A stretch of DNA of 63,657 nt, filler included, from 3 parts of 3 records of this genome joined end to end with filler, not necessarily neighbours in it, one strand, 5' to 3'. Positions 48,166 through 60,726 are shown, counted from the whole stretch's first letter. Notes: a model not told the origin generated them from the letters alone. A program made the numbers and translations.

Positions 48166-50000
48166 TTTATCAAATTATCTCTGATAGCTCTCAACCTTTT
48201 CCTAGCTTCAGGTTGAAAAATACTTAACGGATAATCCATTAAGACGCGTTTATAATAATCTAACGCTTTCTCTTTGTTATTTAATTGCTCATCGTATAGT
48301 TGTGCTGCAAAAAATGTAGCTGCTGCAGCTTTGGGTTCCCATTGATACTGAGCCATCATACTTTCAAAAACCTGGGCTGCTTTATCAAAATTACCCATTG
48401 ATTTTAATAGTTCTCCTTTAATCATTAGAGCATCATCTATAATGGGGTTAGCAGGAAATCCTTTAATTAACGAATCTAATTTATGCAATGCGCTTTTGTA
48501 TAGATGTTGGTGTATCGCCAACTTAATATCTGCAAAATCGCATAAAGCCATTTGCAAAGAATCATTTTCAATTATGTTCTCAGATATTAAGAGTGATAAT
48601 TCAACAGCGTCATTTGCAATAAGTTTTGATGTAGATGCTTTTAATACATCAACCTGGCCCTGAGCCCATTCAAAATCACATTGATAAAAAGCCATTGTAG
48701 CTTTCCGAAGCTTTGCCAAATAACCAATTGGGTTGTTCTTAAATTTACGTTCCACTGCGGCATATGTCAATGTAGCATCAAAAATATCTCCCTGTGCAAG
48801 CATTATATCAGCCTCCAATATCTCAATTTTTCCTTGCTCAATTGCAGATACCTGATTAATATTTTTAGCCTCATTTATAACCTGTAATGCAGAATCGGTA
48901 TCATGTGTATAGAAAGCGTATAGATTGGCTAAATCGACATAAAAAGGTATTGTTTCGCTCTTAATTCTCATTAAATCAATGGCAGACCTGTATGCATTTA
49001 TTAATTCTCTTAAATCTTTGGATTTATAGATCACACCTTTTTCGACCTGCATATACTTTGATTGCAAAAACAACTGCTGAGCGAGCGCATAATAAACATT
49101 TAGACGTCCTTTTTTCATTACAAATTGTGCGGCATCTGCAACCACTTCATATCTATCTTTTTGTAAAGCACGTTGGGCAATCTGAATAAGTCTGGCTCCA
49201 TCTTCCATGTTTCTTTTATCAAGGACTTGAGCCTGCACAAGGGCCAGATCAAACTCTTCATCATGCATGTAGGCCCACGTCAACAATTCATTAAAAGCAT
49301 CTTTACCAGCATGCTTCCTACTCATATTGAGTAACCTATCTTTGAGGATATCAGTCAAAGTATCATCTGTGTCAGAATAAACTGCAATATTCAATCTACT
49401 TTTCACAGTATTCAAATATCGATCATTTTGGACTAAAAGTTCCAAATACGCATCAATCATCTTTGAATAATTCCTCTGATAATAGTAGATATTAGCCAAT
49501 TCATAATTGAATAGATAATCATTATCTTTTGACTTGCCTTCCAAATAAACCAGTTCAGCCCAATCAAATTGTCTTTTCCCAATAAAAATATTAGCGAGTT
49601 GTCGCATCATATTATAATTACCACTCACTTGATCTATTAGGTCTGAATACAATTCATTAGCTTTTTTATCTTCTCCTTGCTGTGTATACACTTGCCCTAA
49701 TTCAATATATGCATTCAAGTCATTTGGATTACGACGAATGTATTTCTTTGCTATACGTTCTGCTTTAGCATATTCCTCTACTCCAAGTAAAGACTCTAAG
49801 TAATATCTAAAATATACAGATGAATTAGGCTGGTGGTTATAAAACTGCTCGTAAAGTGCTAGTGCTTTTCTATAATCATTTTGCCTGAGGTATTCTCTCG
49901 CCAATTCAATATCGGTCCTGGACTGAGCATTTAAATTCAATCCAAAAAAACCGAATATAACAAAAACTGCAATTGAATATCGCAAAAGATTAATTGGCAT
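48162..50000 (-). CDS. Tetratricopeptide-repeat protein
   Basis: Signal peptide, multiple TPR units, LKASTSKLIANDA. Confidence 0.85.
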   Translation of the reverse strand: MPINLLRYSIAVFVIFGFFGLNLNAQSRTDIELAREYLRQNDYRKALALYEQFYNHQPNSSVYFRYYLESLLGVEEYAKAERIAKKYIRRNPNDLNAYIELGQVYTQQGEDKKANELYSDLIDQVSGNYNMMRQLANIFIGKRQFDWAELVYLEGKSKDNDYLFNYELANIYYYQRNYSKMIDAYLELLVQNDRYLNTVKSRLNIAVYSDTDDTLTDILKDRLLNMSRKHAGKDAFNELLTWAYMHDEEFDLALVQAQVLDKRNMEDGARLIQIAQRALQKDRYEVVADAAQFVMKKGRLNVYYALAQQLFLQSKYMQVEKGVIYKSKDLRELINAYRSAIDLMRIKSETIPFYVDLANLYAFYTHDTDSALQVINEAKNINQVSAIEQGKIEILEADIMLAQGDIFDATLTYAAVERKFKNNPIGYLAKLRKATMAFYQCDFEWAQGQVDVLKASTSKLIANDAVELSLLISENIIENDSLQMALCDFADIKLAIHQHLYKSALHKLDSLIKGFPANPIIDDALMIKGELLKSMGNFDKAAQVFESMMAQYQWEPKAAAATFFAAQLYDEQLNNKEKALDYYKRVLMDYPLSIFQPEARKRLRAIRDNLIN

Positions 50001-50024
50001 AAAAACAATAGTATAGTAAAATAA

Positions 50025-50483
50025 TTATCTTATTCGATCAACAGACCTTACTAAATCCTCATCCTTTCTGATACGCTTATTCGCTAGATAAACGAAGAAA
50101 ATCATGAGTAAGGGAGCAAATACACTAATCAATGGACGGCCATCTGAAAATACATCAAAAGTTTTGAAATAATTAAAAACATAAATTCCACCCATAATGT
50201 ACCATAGAATACTCAAAATAATTATAACCTTTCCTGTTTGCATTTGCCTAATGCGCTTTTTAAAATTGAAAATCTGAAATAAAATCAGGAAAGTGATAAT
50301 ACCGCTTAAAATTAAATATGGATACGCACTTAAGATAGCTTCGCCTGTATTATTCTGCATTCCTTTTACATAAAGAATCACTTTAGAATCGATGGTCTGA
50401 AAAACTGCTATAGGCCATACATAAAGGGCAATTGAAACTATAAATGCAACCAGTAAATATAAAGTCTGAACTCTTTGTAACAT
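50025..50483 (-). CDS. DUF4293-like membrane protein
   Basis: MLQRVQTLYLL...IRKDEDLVRSVDRIR. Confidence 0.85.
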   Translation of the reverse strand: MLQRVQTLYLLVAFIVSIALYVWPIAVFQTIDSKVILYVKGMQNNTGEAILSAYPYLILSGIITFLILFQIFNFKKRIRQMQTGKVIIILSILWYIMGGIYVFNYFKTFDVFSDGRPLISVFAPLLMIFFVYLANKRIRKDEDLVRSVDRIR

Positions 50484-50595
50484 ATTTTCATTTTTAATTA
50501 GGTCGCAAATTAATAAAAAGCAACCTATTTTTAATTAAGTAAACAAAAAAAAGCCGTCATTATTGCAATGACGGCTTTGATTTATTCTTTAACTA

Positions 50596-51456
50596 TTAGA
50601 ACTCATCCATATCCATAATCATTGTCAAATCTAATAGACCCGATACAAAATGAAGTTTGAAATAGCTATTACATGTTGGATCTGCTAATTCGTTTCCATT
50701 TGCATCCACATGAAAAGTCATTGTTAATGAGGTCTCAGTATCTAAACCAACATTATTAAGAACTTCTTGGCTACCATGCATTACATAATCACAACCAGGT
50801 GACAAAACCAAAGGGGTTAGAATTTCTGAAGCATAATTAGTTGCCAATGAACTTACACCTGTTGCACTTCCTGAGATTTGATATACGTCATCTAACTCAT
50901 CAGTCGGTGTATTAATTCCTTCTAACCAAATCATTGATCTGGTACCACTCCAAGTTGATTGTGTTGATCCTTTATCAATTGTGACAGAAGTACCATCTAC
51001 TGTTGCAACAGTCATAGAAATATCTTGAACTGTAACTGCCATAGAAAATGTCAATGATCCATTATACGTAGCTCCATCATCAGTAAAATCATTTAACTGA
51101 GTAGTAGCACTAATACTTGTTAATGGGACTTGCAAAGGATTGCTGTCATAATCAACAACAATTGTACCTCCCATTCCATCAACACCAGTAAAATCAATAG
51201 TGAGGACATAAGTAATTGCATTATAAGTATAAGCAGGTCCATCATTCAAGAGTCCTTTTGTGGATAGCTCCTCATCTAATCCATAAGGATTCATATAACT
51301 TGTGGCAGACATCATACCTTTTTCTGCATCCATATTATCTGAAACTGGCTGCATATCCTCATCCGAAGGAGTAGAAAGTAATGACTCGTCTTCTTCACAT
51401 GCTGTGAATGAAAGAGCAAATAAAGCAATCAATAAGAGTGAAAAAATCTTTTTCAT
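50596..51456 (-). CDS. Acidic lipoprotein of unknown function
   Basis: MKKIF...FTAC lipobox. Confidence 0.75.
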   Translation of the reverse strand: MKKIFSLLLIALFALSFTACEEDESLLSTPSDEDMQPVSDNMDAEKGMMSATSYMNPYGLDEELSTKGLLNDGPAYTYNAITYVLTIDFTGVDGMGGTIVVDYDSNPLQVPLTSISATTQLNDFTDDGATYNGSLTFSMAVTVQDISMTVATVDGTSVTIDKGSTQSTWSGTRSMIWLEGINTPTDELDDVYQISGSATGVSSLATNYASEILTPLVLSPGCDYVMHGSQEVLNNVGLDTETSLTMTFHVDANGNELADPTCNSYFKLHFVSGLLDLTMIMDMDEF

Positions 51457-51547
51457 AGTAAACTGTTTTGGGGTTACACTATGCAATATACGTTTTCATA
51501 GTTAAATTGTTGTAACCATTTCTCTCATTATTATATCGTTAACATAA

Positions 51548-51871
51548 TTAGGCCTGAGCAGTTGGACCTCCAAAGCCCATTGGCATTTCACCTCTACCTC
51601 CACCTGATGTTTTAATTGGGCCATTAACTGATTCGTATTTATCAATATTATCTTTCAATGCATGCATCAATCGTTTGGCATGCTCAGGAGTTAATATAAT
51701 TCTTGATTTAACCGGAGCCTTAGGTAAACCTGGCATTACACGAACAAAATCAATCACAAATTCAGCGGGTGAATGAGTGATTACAGCCAAATTAGAATAG
51801 ATTCCTTCTGCGATATCTTCTTTTAATTCAATATTTACCTGGTTTTGCTTTTTTTCATTAGGTTGATTCAT
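51548..51871 (-). CDS. DUF3467 family protein
   Basis: GIYSNLAVITHS..EFVIDF...SRIILTPEHAKRL; usual position after rpoC. Confidence 0.9.
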   Translation of the reverse strand: MNQPNEKKQNQVNIELKEDIAEGIYSNLAVITHSPAEFVIDFVRVMPGLPKAPVKSRIILTPEHAKRLMHALKDNIDKYESVNGPIKTSGGGRGEMPMGFGGPTAQA

Positions 51872-51981
51872 ATCATTAGATTTTAAATGTTTAAACGAAA
51901 GTAACCGAAATAATATATAGTTGCAAAAAAAATGAGTGTAATCAAAAGACTACACTCATTTTTATATCTCAAGACAACATA

Positions 51982-54900
51982 TTAATTATGTTGCGACTCT
52001 TTTTTACGTTCTACAAGCTTATCAAACTCTTCTTTAGAACCTACTAAAAGATCATTATACTTGCGAGAACCTGTACCTGCTGGAATTTTGTGTCCAACAA
52101 TTACGTTTTCTTTCAATCCTTCTAAATAATCTTCTTTAGCTCTAATTGCAGCTTCATTAAGCACTTTTGTAGTTTCCTGGAATGATGCAGCACTAATGAA
52201 AGATTTAGTTTGAAGCGCTGCTTTGGTAATTCCCTGTAGCACCTGGCTAGATGTTGCAGGAACAGCATCACGAACTTCTACTAATTTCATATCACGACGT
52301 TTAAGCGCTGAGTTCTCTTCACGAAGTTGACGAAGACTTACAATTTGTCCTCCTTTTAAGTTTTCAGAATCACCTGGATCTTCTACAACCTTACGTCCGT
52401 AAATCCAGTTATTTTCTTTCATAAATTCTAACTTATCAACCTCTTGTTTTTCGAGGAACTTAGTATCACCAGGATCAACGATAACCACCTTACGCATCAT
52501 TTGTCTAACAATAACTTCAAAGTGCTTATCATTAATTTTCACACCTTGCATACGATATACTTCCTGAACCTCATTTACAATATACTCCTGTACTTTTGTT
52601 GGTCCTTGAACTGAAAGGATATCTGCTGGTGTAATTGCTCCGTCTGATAATGGTATACCGGCACGCACATAATCATTTTCTTGTACAAGAATCTGCTTAG
52701 ATAATGGCACAAGGTATTTCTTAGTTTGTCCGGCTTTCGACTTCACGATAATTTCACGGTTACCACGTTTGATTTTTCCAAAGCTAACTTCACCATCAAT
52801 CTCAGCTACAACTGAAGGATTAGATGGGTTACGTGCTTCAAATAACTCAGTTACACGTGGAAGACCTCCGGTAATATCACCAGATTTACCTGCAGAACGT
52901 GGAATTTTCACAATTACCTGACCCACTTTTACTTTATCACCTTCTTCAACGGCAATGTGTGCTCCAACAGGCAAGTTATACATCTTAGTAACTTCACCAT
53001 CTTTATTAAGAACCTTAATCATAGGGTTCTTAGTTTTATCACGAGTCTCAGTAATTACTTTCTCACGGAATCCGGTTTGCTCATCCATTTCTTCGCGATA
53101 GGTAATACCCTCAATCACGTTATTAAATGAAATGCTACCTTCAGCCTCTGAAATAATTACTGCGTTATATGGATCCCACTCACATACGATGTCACCTTTT
53201 TTCACTTTAGCACCATTCTTAATATGAATTTTAGCACCATAAGGAATTGTGTGAGTTGTAAGTGTTAGTTCCGTATTTTCATCAATAACACGCAATTCAC
53301 CTAAACGGCCTATTACGATATTACTTTTTACACCCTCAGCATCAACATATTCAACAGTTCTTAACTCATCAATCTGAGCTATACCATTATAACCAATAAT
53401 AATACTTGATTCAGCTGCAATGTTAGATGCTGTACCCCCAACGTGGAATGTACGAAGCGTAAGCTGTGTACCAGGCTCCCCAATTGACTGTGCTGCAATA
53501 ACACCAACTGCTTCACCCATTTGAACTTTCTGGCCTGTCGCAAGGTTTCGACCGTAACATTTTCCACATACCCCATGAGGAGCTTCACAAGTTAATACTG
53601 AACGTATTTCTACTTGTTCAAGTGGAGATTCCTCAATTTTTGCTGCGATATCTTCATCAATTTCTTGACCTGCAGCAACCATCAATTCACCAGTCAAAGG
53701 GTGATACGTATCATTTAATGCGGTGCGACCCAGGATGCGCTCAAATAAAGTTTCAACCACTTCCTGATTTTTCTTTATAGCTGTAGCTACAAGACCACGT
53801 AATGTACCACAATCCTCTTGTCTAATTACCACATCCTGGGCAACATCCACAAGACGACGTGTTAAGTAACCAGCATCAGCCGTTTTAAGGGCGGTATCAG
53901 CCAAACCTTTACGCGCACCGTGAGTTGAAATAAAGTACTCAAGTACTGAAAGACCTTCTTTAAAGTTTGAAAGAATCGGGTTCTCAATAATCTCAGCACC
54001 AACGGCACCTGATTTTTGTGGTTTTGCCATCAGACCCCTCATACCTGAAAGCTGACGAATCTGCTCTTTAGAACCCCTTGCACCAGAATCAAGCATCATG
54101 TATACAGAGTTGAAACCCTGATTGTCTGTGCTTAATTGTTTCATTAAAATTTGGGTTAATTTTGCATTTGTATGCGTCCAAATATCAATTACCTGGTTGT
54201 ATCTTTCATTATTAGTAATGAAACCCATATTGTAGTTATTCGCTACCTCATCAGCTTGCGCATAACCATCTTTTACTAATTCAACTTTCTCTTTAGGAAT
54301 AATCACATCATCAAGATTAAATGAAAGACCACCTTTGAAGGCCATTCTGTAACCTAGTGATTTGATATTATCAAGAAAATCGGCAGTAACTTTTGTACCG
54401 CTGGCTTTATAAATTTTACCAATAATATCACGTAGTGCTTTTTTAGTAAGCAACTCATTTATATAACCAGCTTCTCTAGGAACAACTTCATTGAATAATA
54501 CTCGACCAACTGTAGTCTCAATTAACTCAATTTTATCTGAACCATCTGGTTGATAAATTGGCATTCTAACCTTAATTTTAGCGTGAAGTGCAACTTTCTC
54601 CTCATTATAAGCAATTTTTACTTCCTCAGGAGAATAGAAATTTAAACCTTCACCCTTAACACCATCACGTTCTTTGGTAATGTAGTAAAGTCCCAATACC
54701 ATATCCTGAGAAGGAACGGTAATAGGAGCACCATTAGCAGGGTTCAAAATATTATGAGAACCAAGCATTAACATTTGAGCTTCTAATACAGCTGCATTAC
54801 CAAGAGGTAAGTGAACAGCCATCTGGTCACCGTCAAAGTCGGCGTTAAAAGCAGTACATGCTAATGGGTGTAATTGAATAGCTTTACCTTCAATTAGCTT

Positions 54901-55173
54901 AGGCTGGAAAGCCTGAATACCAAGTCTGTGAAGTGTAGGAGCACGGTTAAGTAACACAGGGTGTCCTTTTAATACATTTTCAAGGATATCCCAAACAACT
55001 GGATCTCTACGGTCAACAATTTTCTTCGCAGATTTTACAGTTTTTACAATACCACGCTCAATAAGTTTTCTAATTACAAAAGGCTTGTATAACTCAGCAG
55101 CCATATTCTTTGGAAGTCCACACTCATGCATTTTAAGCTCTGGACCTACAACAATTACAGAACGTGCTGAATA
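51982..55173 (-). CDS. rpoC: RNA polymerase beta' subunit (5'-truncated by the contig end)
   Basis: [39 protein letters not shown]; frame open to the gap. Confidence 0.98.
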   Translation of the reverse strand, partial: YSARSVIVVGPELKMHECGLPKNMAAELYKPFVIRKLIERGIVKTVKSAKKIVDRRDPVVWDILENVLKGHPVLLNRAPTLHRLGIQAFQPKLIEGKAIQLHPLACTAFNADFDGDQMAVHLPLGNAAVLEAQMLMLGSHNILNPANGAPITVPSQDMVLGLYYITKERDGVKGEGLNFYSPEEVKIAYNEEKVALHAKIKVRMPIYQPDGSDKIELIETTVGRVLFNEVVPREAGYINELLTKKALRDIIGKIYKASGTKVTADFLDNIKSLGYRMAFKGGLSFNLDDVIIPKEKVELVKDGYAQADEVANNYNMGFITNNERYNQVIDIWTHTNAKLTQILMKQLSTDNQGFNSVYMMLDSGARGSKEQIRQLSGMRGLMAKPQKSGAVGAEIIENPILSNFKEGLSVLEYFISTHGARKGLADTALKTADAGYLTRRLVDVAQDVVIRQEDCGTLRGLVATAIKKNQEVVETLFERILGRTALNDTYHPLTGELMVAAGQEIDEDIAAKIEESPLEQVEIRSVLTCEAPHGVCGKCYGRNLATGQKVQMGEAVGVIAAQSIGEPGTQLTLRTFHVGGTASNIAAESSIIIGYNGIAQIDELRTVEYVDAEGVKSNIVIGRLGELRVIDENTELTLTTHTIPYGAKIHIKNGAKVKKGDIVCEWDPYNAVIISEAEGSISFNNVIEGITYREEMDEQTGFREKVITETRDKTKNPMIKVLNKDGEVTKMYNLPVGAHIAVEEGDKVKVGQVIVKIPRSAGKSGDITGGLPRVTELFEARNPSNPSVVAEIDGEVSFGKIKRGNREIIVKSKAGQTKKYLVPLSKQILVQENDYVRAGIPLSDGAITPADILSVQGPTKVQEYIVNEVQEVYRMQGVKINDKHFEVIVRQMMRKVVIVDPGDTKFLEKQEVDKLEFMKENNWIYGRKVVEDPGDSENLKGGQIVSLRQLREENSALKRRDMKLVEVRDAVPATSSQVLQGITKAALQTKSFISAASFQETTKVLNEAAIRAKEDYLEGLKENVIVGHKIPAGTGSRKYNDLLVGSKEEFDKLVERKKESQHN

Positions 55174-55174
55174 A

Positions 55175-55274
55175 NNNNNNNNNNNNNNNNNNNNNNNNNN
55201 NNNNNNNNNNNNNNNNNNTTAATTAATTAANNNNNNNNNNNNNNNNNNNNNNNNNNNNNNNNNNNNNNNNNNNN
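55175..55274. other. Artificial contig linker / gap
   Basis: N-run with central TTAATTAATTAA. Confidence 0.97.
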
Positions 55275-55877
55275 ATTTCCCCACTGATCGGAACCACCCA
55301 TTTGCAACTTACAATTTTTAGAACGGTACAATTCCAAAAAGTCAGTTCCCTGAACCAATTGGTAAGTAAACTCTGTAAATGACATTCCTGATTTTGAATC
55401 AGCACTTAATCTTTTCTTTACAGAATCCTTACTCATCATATAATTAACGGTAATGTGCTTACCTATATCACGAATAAAATCCAGGAAGGAAAAATCTTTC
55501 ATCCAATCGTAATTGTTTACCATTTCAGCAGCGTTGTTAGCATCTGAATCAAAATCCATAAATTTTGATAGCTGAGCACGCAAACAATCTTGATTGTGAC
55601 GAAGGGTTTTTTCATCCAATAAGTTTCTCTCCTGCGACTTTCCTGATGGATCTCCAATCATACCAGTAGCACCACCCACCAATACAATTGGCTTGTGACC
55701 TGCAACCTGGAAATGTTTCAACATCATAACACCTACAAGGTGACCAATATGCAAAGAATCCGCTGTTGGATCAATTCCCACATAAGCCGATGTCAATTCT
55801 TTTGCAAGTTGTTCTTCTATTCCCGGCATCATATCGTGGATCATGCCACGCCATTGGAGTTCTTCTATAAAATTCAT
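55275..55877 (-). CDS. tyrS: Tyrosine--tRNA ligase (3'-truncated by the contig end)
   Basis: [39 protein letters not shown]. Confidence 0.96.
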
Positions 55878-55973
55878 TTGTTCTATTTTTTTCCTGATTA
55901 GGATATACTTATCTAATTTTTGACTGACAAAGATAAGAAATTTGTTCTTTCCTCAGCTCTATAAATTTGGTTC

Positions 55974-57002
55974 TTAAGCAATCATCGCAACCAAACTAAT
56001 TATCACACCTGTAAAAAGCAAAATGTTATAAATAAAGGAAACGATAATAAACTTGAAAAAAGTCTTAATCCACGACTGCTTGTAATAAAACTTCATGGTT
56101 AAAAACAATTGAATTGGTATCAAAAAATACAAGTATAAAGCAATAGAATTAAGATAGGATACATTCATCATCAATATTAGTTCGCTTACAATAACCAATA
56201 CAAAAATAAACGAATGAAAATTCAAAGAAATCAATAAATGCTCAAGCATGTAACGCCTTCTTCTTAGATACATCAGAGCTAATGACAATGCGAATAATGG
56301 TAATATTACCAATAAAGTTTGAGACAGCTTTTTGAAAGCATTATCCATCATCATAGATGGATTTAATTTCCACATTTCAATTAATTCCCGAACTTTATTA
56401 TCCTCAATCAACTCTCTCCCATTATCTTCAACTTCTCTAGATTCAATTGAATCTTGAAATAAATCAATACTTTTTTTCGAATTAAATGTAATTATTCCAT
56501 TTTTCAACTGATTCTGAACCACCGTATCAGAAACCAAACTATCTAACTCTGCTTCATCCTTACCAACCATTTCTTCAAGAAAAGAAACCATATCCAACTT
56601 ATTTCCATCTTGATTTTCAATAGACAGATTCTTTGTCATATCACTTTCCGGCTTATGATTATAGGCAAGCAATAAGAAGGCAAAAAATGTTAGAAATAAA
56701 TAAAGGCGGAATGGTGGTGTATATCTCGCTCTCCTGCCTCGCATAAACTCACGGGTAAGATATCCTGGATTAAAAAACAAAGGAACCAAAGTATGCATTA
56801 ATCTATTATCTAAAGACAATGCATCTCCTAAAGATTCGGTTACTACAGTCCAAAAGGGACGATGAAAACTTTTTGTTGATTGCCCACAATTTGAACAAAA
56901 TTGCCCATTAACCGGATATTCACAATTGGGACAAAAGCCTTCAAAGTGTCTGATTCTTCTTTTAGGTAGTTTGTTTAGGTACTTCTTTATGGTTTGCTTC
57001 AT
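55974..57002 (-). CDS. DUF3667-like membrane protein
   Basis: CPNC...FCSNCGQ, PGYLT, YTPPFRLYLF. Confidence 0.85.
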   Translation of the reverse strand: MKQTIKKYLNKLPKRRIRHFEGFCPNCEYPVNGQFCSNCGQSTKSFHRPFWTVVTESLGDALSLDNRLMHTLVPLFFNPGYLTREFMRGRRARYTPPFRLYLFLTFFAFLLLAYNHKPESDMTKNLSIENQDGNKLDMVSFLEEMVGKDEAELDSLVSDTVVQNQLKNGIITFNSKKSIDLFQDSIESREVEDNGRELIEDNKVRELIEMWKLNPSMMMDNAFKKLSQTLLVILPLFALSLALMYLRRRRYMLEHLLISLNFHSFIFVLVIVSELILMMNVSYLNSIALYLYFLIPIQLFLTMKFYYKQSWIKTFFKFIIVSFIYNILLFTGVIISLVAMIA

Positions 57003-57544
57003 TACACTTCAATAGGAACTTGCTTTTTAACTTCTTCTTTTATCTTATCCGTTGCTCCTGCAAAATCAGAACCGAAAATATCAAACAATGTTTCCGAAAT
57101 CGTCACCATAGGCTGATAAAGAATACTATTTTCCTTTTTCTCCTCCGATATGAAGTTGATCTTTTTATCCAAATAATTGACAAAATACACGACAATGCTA
57201 AGAATTATAATTCCCTTAAGAAGACCAAAAACAACACCGAGTATCCGATTAATCAAACCCAAAGCAACAGCCTCAACCAGCGTATTAAGCATTTTTCCTA
57301 ACACATTTAAAATGATAACAATCAATAAGAATGTGATTACAAATGCTATTGCACCCATGTATTGAGAATGATAATCAAATTTATTTTGTATAAAATCTGC
57401 CGTAAAATCGGAGAAATGTATTGCTCCGTAAATTCCAAGAATTAAAGCCAATAAGGTAGCTACTTCAATTATTAATCCTTTGGTAAATCCTTTATAAATT
57501 GCCCAAAGAAGTGGTAATCCTATTAAAATGTCGAGTATATTCAT
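57002..57544 (-). CDS. CvpA (colicin V production) family protein
   Basis: LDILI...KGFTKGLIIE...LGLINRILGVVFGLLKG. Confidence 0.88.
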   Translation of the reverse strand: MNILDILIGLPLLWAIYKGFTKGLIIEVATLLALILGIYGAIHFSDFTADFIQNKFDYHSQYMGAIAFVITFLLIVIILNVLGKMLNTLVEAVALGLINRILGVVFGLLKGIIILSIVVYFVNYLDKKINFISEEKKENSILYQPMVTISETLFDIFGSDFAGATDKIKEEVKKQVPIEV

Positions 57545-57675
57545 TGTGGGTTAGCTAAAATGTGTAATGATCATCAAATATAACAAAAACCAACATAATA
57601 GCAGTAATTTATACAGAATTGAAGGCATTTGCATTCTAAAATTTAATTATATTTAGAACAGTTAAAACTATAAAC

Positions 57676-59187
57676 ATGGCTTTTATTAATTCTCTTGTCG
57701 GCTGGTTTAATACCAAAAGACTATCGCAAATTGATTTCTTTAAAGATCATCCTATTGAAGTTCAGAGGGAAACTTTAACTCAATTGCTTGATCAGGCGTC
57801 TAATACGGAATGGGGAAGAAAATATGATTTTAAATCGATCCAAACTCTAAACGATTTTAAAAATCGTCTTCCCGTGCGTTCTTATGAAGACATTGAAAAC
57901 TACATTGATAGATTAAGAAAGGGAGAACAAAATATATTTTGGCCCTCAGAAATAAAATGGTTTGCAAAATCATCAGGTACAACCAATTCTAAAAGTAAAT
58001 TTATTCCTGTAAGTAAAGAGGCCTTAGAAGATTGTCATTTTAGAGGAGGAAAAGATATTCTTGCAATTTACACCTCACAATTTCCTGATACAGGTATCCT
58101 ATATGGTAAAGGTTTAACCTTAGGTGGCAGTCATCAAATCAACAACATTCAGAATGATTCCTACTACGGAGATCTTTCTGCGATCATTATTCAAAATCTA
58201 CCTTTTTGGGCAGATTTTATAAGAACTCCAGATACATCAATTGTTCTTTTGGATGAGTGGGAAGAGAAATTAAAAAAAATGACGGAAGCTACTCTCAACG
58301 AGAATGTAACCAGTCTTTCTGGTGTACCATCATGGTTTTTGGTTTTACTAAAACACATTTTAAAAGTCTCTGGTAAAAATCACATTCACGAAATTTGGCC
58401 TAATCTAGAATTATTTGTCCATGGTGGGGTTAGTTTTACGCCTTACCGAGAGCAATTTAAAGAAATTCTGCCCTCATCAAACATGAATTACCTAGAAACC
58501 TACAATGCTTCTGAAGGATTCTTTGGCATTCAGGATAACCCACTTGATGATGCTATGCTATTGATGCTCGATTATGGTATTTATTACGAATTTATTCCTT
58601 TAGATAAAATCAATGATGAACATCCTAAAGCACTAAGTCTTGAGGAAGTGGAATTACATGAAAATTACGCCATGTTGATTACAACAAATGGCGGACTTTG
58701 GAGATATCAAATTGGAGATACTATACATTTTACTTCAAAAGAGCCATTTAAATTTAAAATATCGGGACGAACAAAGCTGTACATGAATGCTTTTGGAGAA
58801 GAAATAATTATCGACAATGCAGAAAAAGCAATGAAAATTGCCTACGAAAAAACAAATTCTGTCATCAAAGAGTACACTGCTGCTCCAGTTTTTATGGATA
58901 AGGATCAAAAAGGAACTCATCAATGGCTAATTGAATTTGAAAAGGCACCCAATAGCATAGAAGAGTTCAACTTTGTTCTCGATAATGCCTTAATGAGCTT
59001 AAATTCTGATTACGAAGCCAAACGCTACAAAAGTATCACCTTAGAAAAACCAATTGTAACAGTTGCAAAACAAGGCTTATTCTACAATTGGCTTAAATCT
59101 AAAGGCAAGTTAGGCGGGCAAAATAAAGTTCCCCGATTATCGAATAATCGTGATATCTTAGAGGAACTTTTAAAGGAAAATTTCTAA
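57676..59187 (+). CDS. GH3 auxin-responsive family acyl-adenylating enzyme
   Basis: KSSGTT..SKFIP, ETYNASEGF, WRYQIGD, GGQNKVPRL. Confidence 0.9.
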   Translation: MAFINSLVGWFNTKRLSQIDFFKDHPIEVQRETLTQLLDQASNTEWGRKYDFKSIQTLNDFKNRLPVRSYEDIENYIDRLRKGEQNIFWPSEIKWFAKSSGTTNSKSKFIPVSKEALEDCHFRGGKDILAIYTSQFPDTGILYGKGLTLGGSHQINNIQNDSYYGDLSAIIIQNLPFWADFIRTPDTSIVLLDEWEEKLKKMTEATLNENVTSLSGVPSWFLVLLKHILKVSGKNHIHEIWPNLELFVHGGVSFTPYREQFKEILPSSNMNYLETYNASEGFFGIQDNPLDDAMLLMLDYGIYYEFIPLDKINDEHPKALSLEEVELHENYAMLITTNGGLWRYQIGDTIHFTSKEPFKFKISGRTKLYMNAFGEEIIIDNAEKAMKIAYEKTNSVIKEYTAAPVFMDKDQKGTHQWLIEFEKAPNSIEEFNFVLDNALMSLNSDYEAKRYKSITLEKPIVTVAKQGLFYNWLKSKGKLGGQNKVPRLSNNRDILEELLKENF

Positions 59188-59194
59188 TCAGAAT

Positions 59195-59965
59195 ATGATC
59201 GCTCTACTCATTTGGTTCAAACTATTGATTCCTAACTTGGATATCAATGAAATACATTCACAACACAGTTTTTTTGAGGTTGATCACCTGAATTATATTT
59301 ATACAGTTCAAGAGGCTGAATTGACCAAATATGATTCAAATGGGAATAAATTATACAATTATTCCAATCAATCTCTGGGAGCAATCAGTTCAATTGATGT
59401 ATCAGACCCTTTAAGAATTCTGATTTTTTACAAGGATTTCAACACCATTCTTTTTTTAGATAGAAATCTTGCCAAAATTGGCAATGAAATAGATTTGTAC
59501 GATTTCTCGGATAACGAAACAGATTTGGTTTGTTCCTCTCAAAATGGTGGATTTTGGATCTATAATGAAATCGATAATCAGTGCATTCAAATTTCGAATA
59601 CCGGTGAAATTTTGACTGAAAGTATGCTATTAAATCCATTCTTTACTAACCAAACTATCACTGATTTTGATGAATACGACAGCGAATTGTATCTTCTATT
59701 CGCAGAAAAGGGAATTTTAAAATTAGATCAGAATGGGCAATATGATCGCAAAATCCTATTGCCCAACATTACTGATTTTGAACTTATTAAAAATGAAATA
59801 TTTTATTGGAACTCAATCGGTATTTTTCGTTATGAACAATACTCACAAAAGGATACTGAAATTTATCGTTTCAATAATGTTACTCCTAAAAGTTTAAGAA
59901 TTCTTGGGGGTAAAATTTACCTCTCTAATGAAAAATCAATATCAATAAAAAAGCTAAGTTTCTGA
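59195..59965 (+). CDS. Hypothetical (beta-propeller-like) protein
   Basis: IDVSDPLRILIFYKDFN..LFLD. Confidence 0.75.
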   Translation: MIALLIWFKLLIPNLDINEIHSQHSFFEVDHLNYIYTVQEAELTKYDSNGNKLYNYSNQSLGAISSIDVSDPLRILIFYKDFNTILFLDRNLAKIGNEIDLYDFSDNETDLVCSSQNGGFWIYNEIDNQCIQISNTGEILTESMLLNPFFTNQTITDFDEYDSELYLLFAEKGILKLDQNGQYDRKILLPNITDFELIKNEIFYWNSIGIFRYEQYSQKDTEIYRFNNVTPKSLRILGGKIYLSNEKSISIKKLSF

Positions 59966-60064
59966 TTCAAAAGAAACTGTATTCAAGCATCTCTCCTAAG
60001 GGATTGATATCCCGAAAAATATTACTAATTTTAGTTGCATTTTCCAATAAAATTAAACATAAAT

Positions 60065-60682
60065 ATGCACATTGCAGTTGCAGGAAACATAGGTGCCGGA
60101 AAGACCACTCTGGCTGGATTATTGGCTAAACATTACGGCTGGGAAGCTCATTTTGAAGATGTTGATGACAATCCGTATTTGAACGATTTTTATGAAGATA
60201 TGAAGCGTTGGTCGTTTGCCCTTCAAATCCATTTCTTAAATAGTCGATTTAATCAAGTTTTAGCTTTACGTGAGTCTGGTAAAGACATTATTCAGGACAG
60301 AACAATATACGAAGACGCTTATATATTTGCTCCAAATTTGGAGTCAATGAGTCTTATGCCTAAAAGAGATTTTGATAATTATCTTTCTCTTTTCGACATC
60401 ATGAGTTCACTAATTCAACCACCAGATTTATTGATCTATTTGCGTGCTTCTATACCTACTTTAGTTGAACATATTCAGGCTCGTGGTCGCGATTATGAAG
60501 AAACCATACGTTTAGACTATTTAAAGCGCTTAAACGAGCGTTACGAAGCCTGGATTAACGGATACACAAACGGAAAACTTTTAATTATCGATGTAGATAA
60601 TATTGATTTCCTGAAGAACCCTAAAGACATGAGTGAGGTAATCACAAAAATTGATGCTCAACTTCACGGTTTATTTAAATAA
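60065..60682 (+). CDS. Deoxynucleoside kinase, copy 1
   Basis: AGNIGAGKTT, QDRTIYED, RGRDYE. Confidence 0.92.
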   Translation: MHIAVAGNIGAGKTTLAGLLAKHYGWEAHFEDVDDNPYLNDFYEDMKRWSFALQIHFLNSRFNQVLALRESGKDIIQDRTIYEDAYIFAPNLESMSLMPKRDFDNYLSLFDIMSSLIQPPDLLIYLRASIPTLVEHIQARGRDYEETIRLDYLKRLNERYEAWINGYTNGKLLIIDVDNIDFLKNPKDMSEVITKIDAQLHGLFK

Positions 60683-60726
60683 CAAATGTGTTTATCGACC
60701 TCGAGTCGCCCAAATAATATTCAATT

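Noticed and set aside
51982-55877. Truncated rpoC directly beside truncated tyrS, suggesting a rearrangement or fusion
   Set aside because: Both end at an artificial N/TTAATTAATTAA linker, so the adjacency is an assembly artefact.
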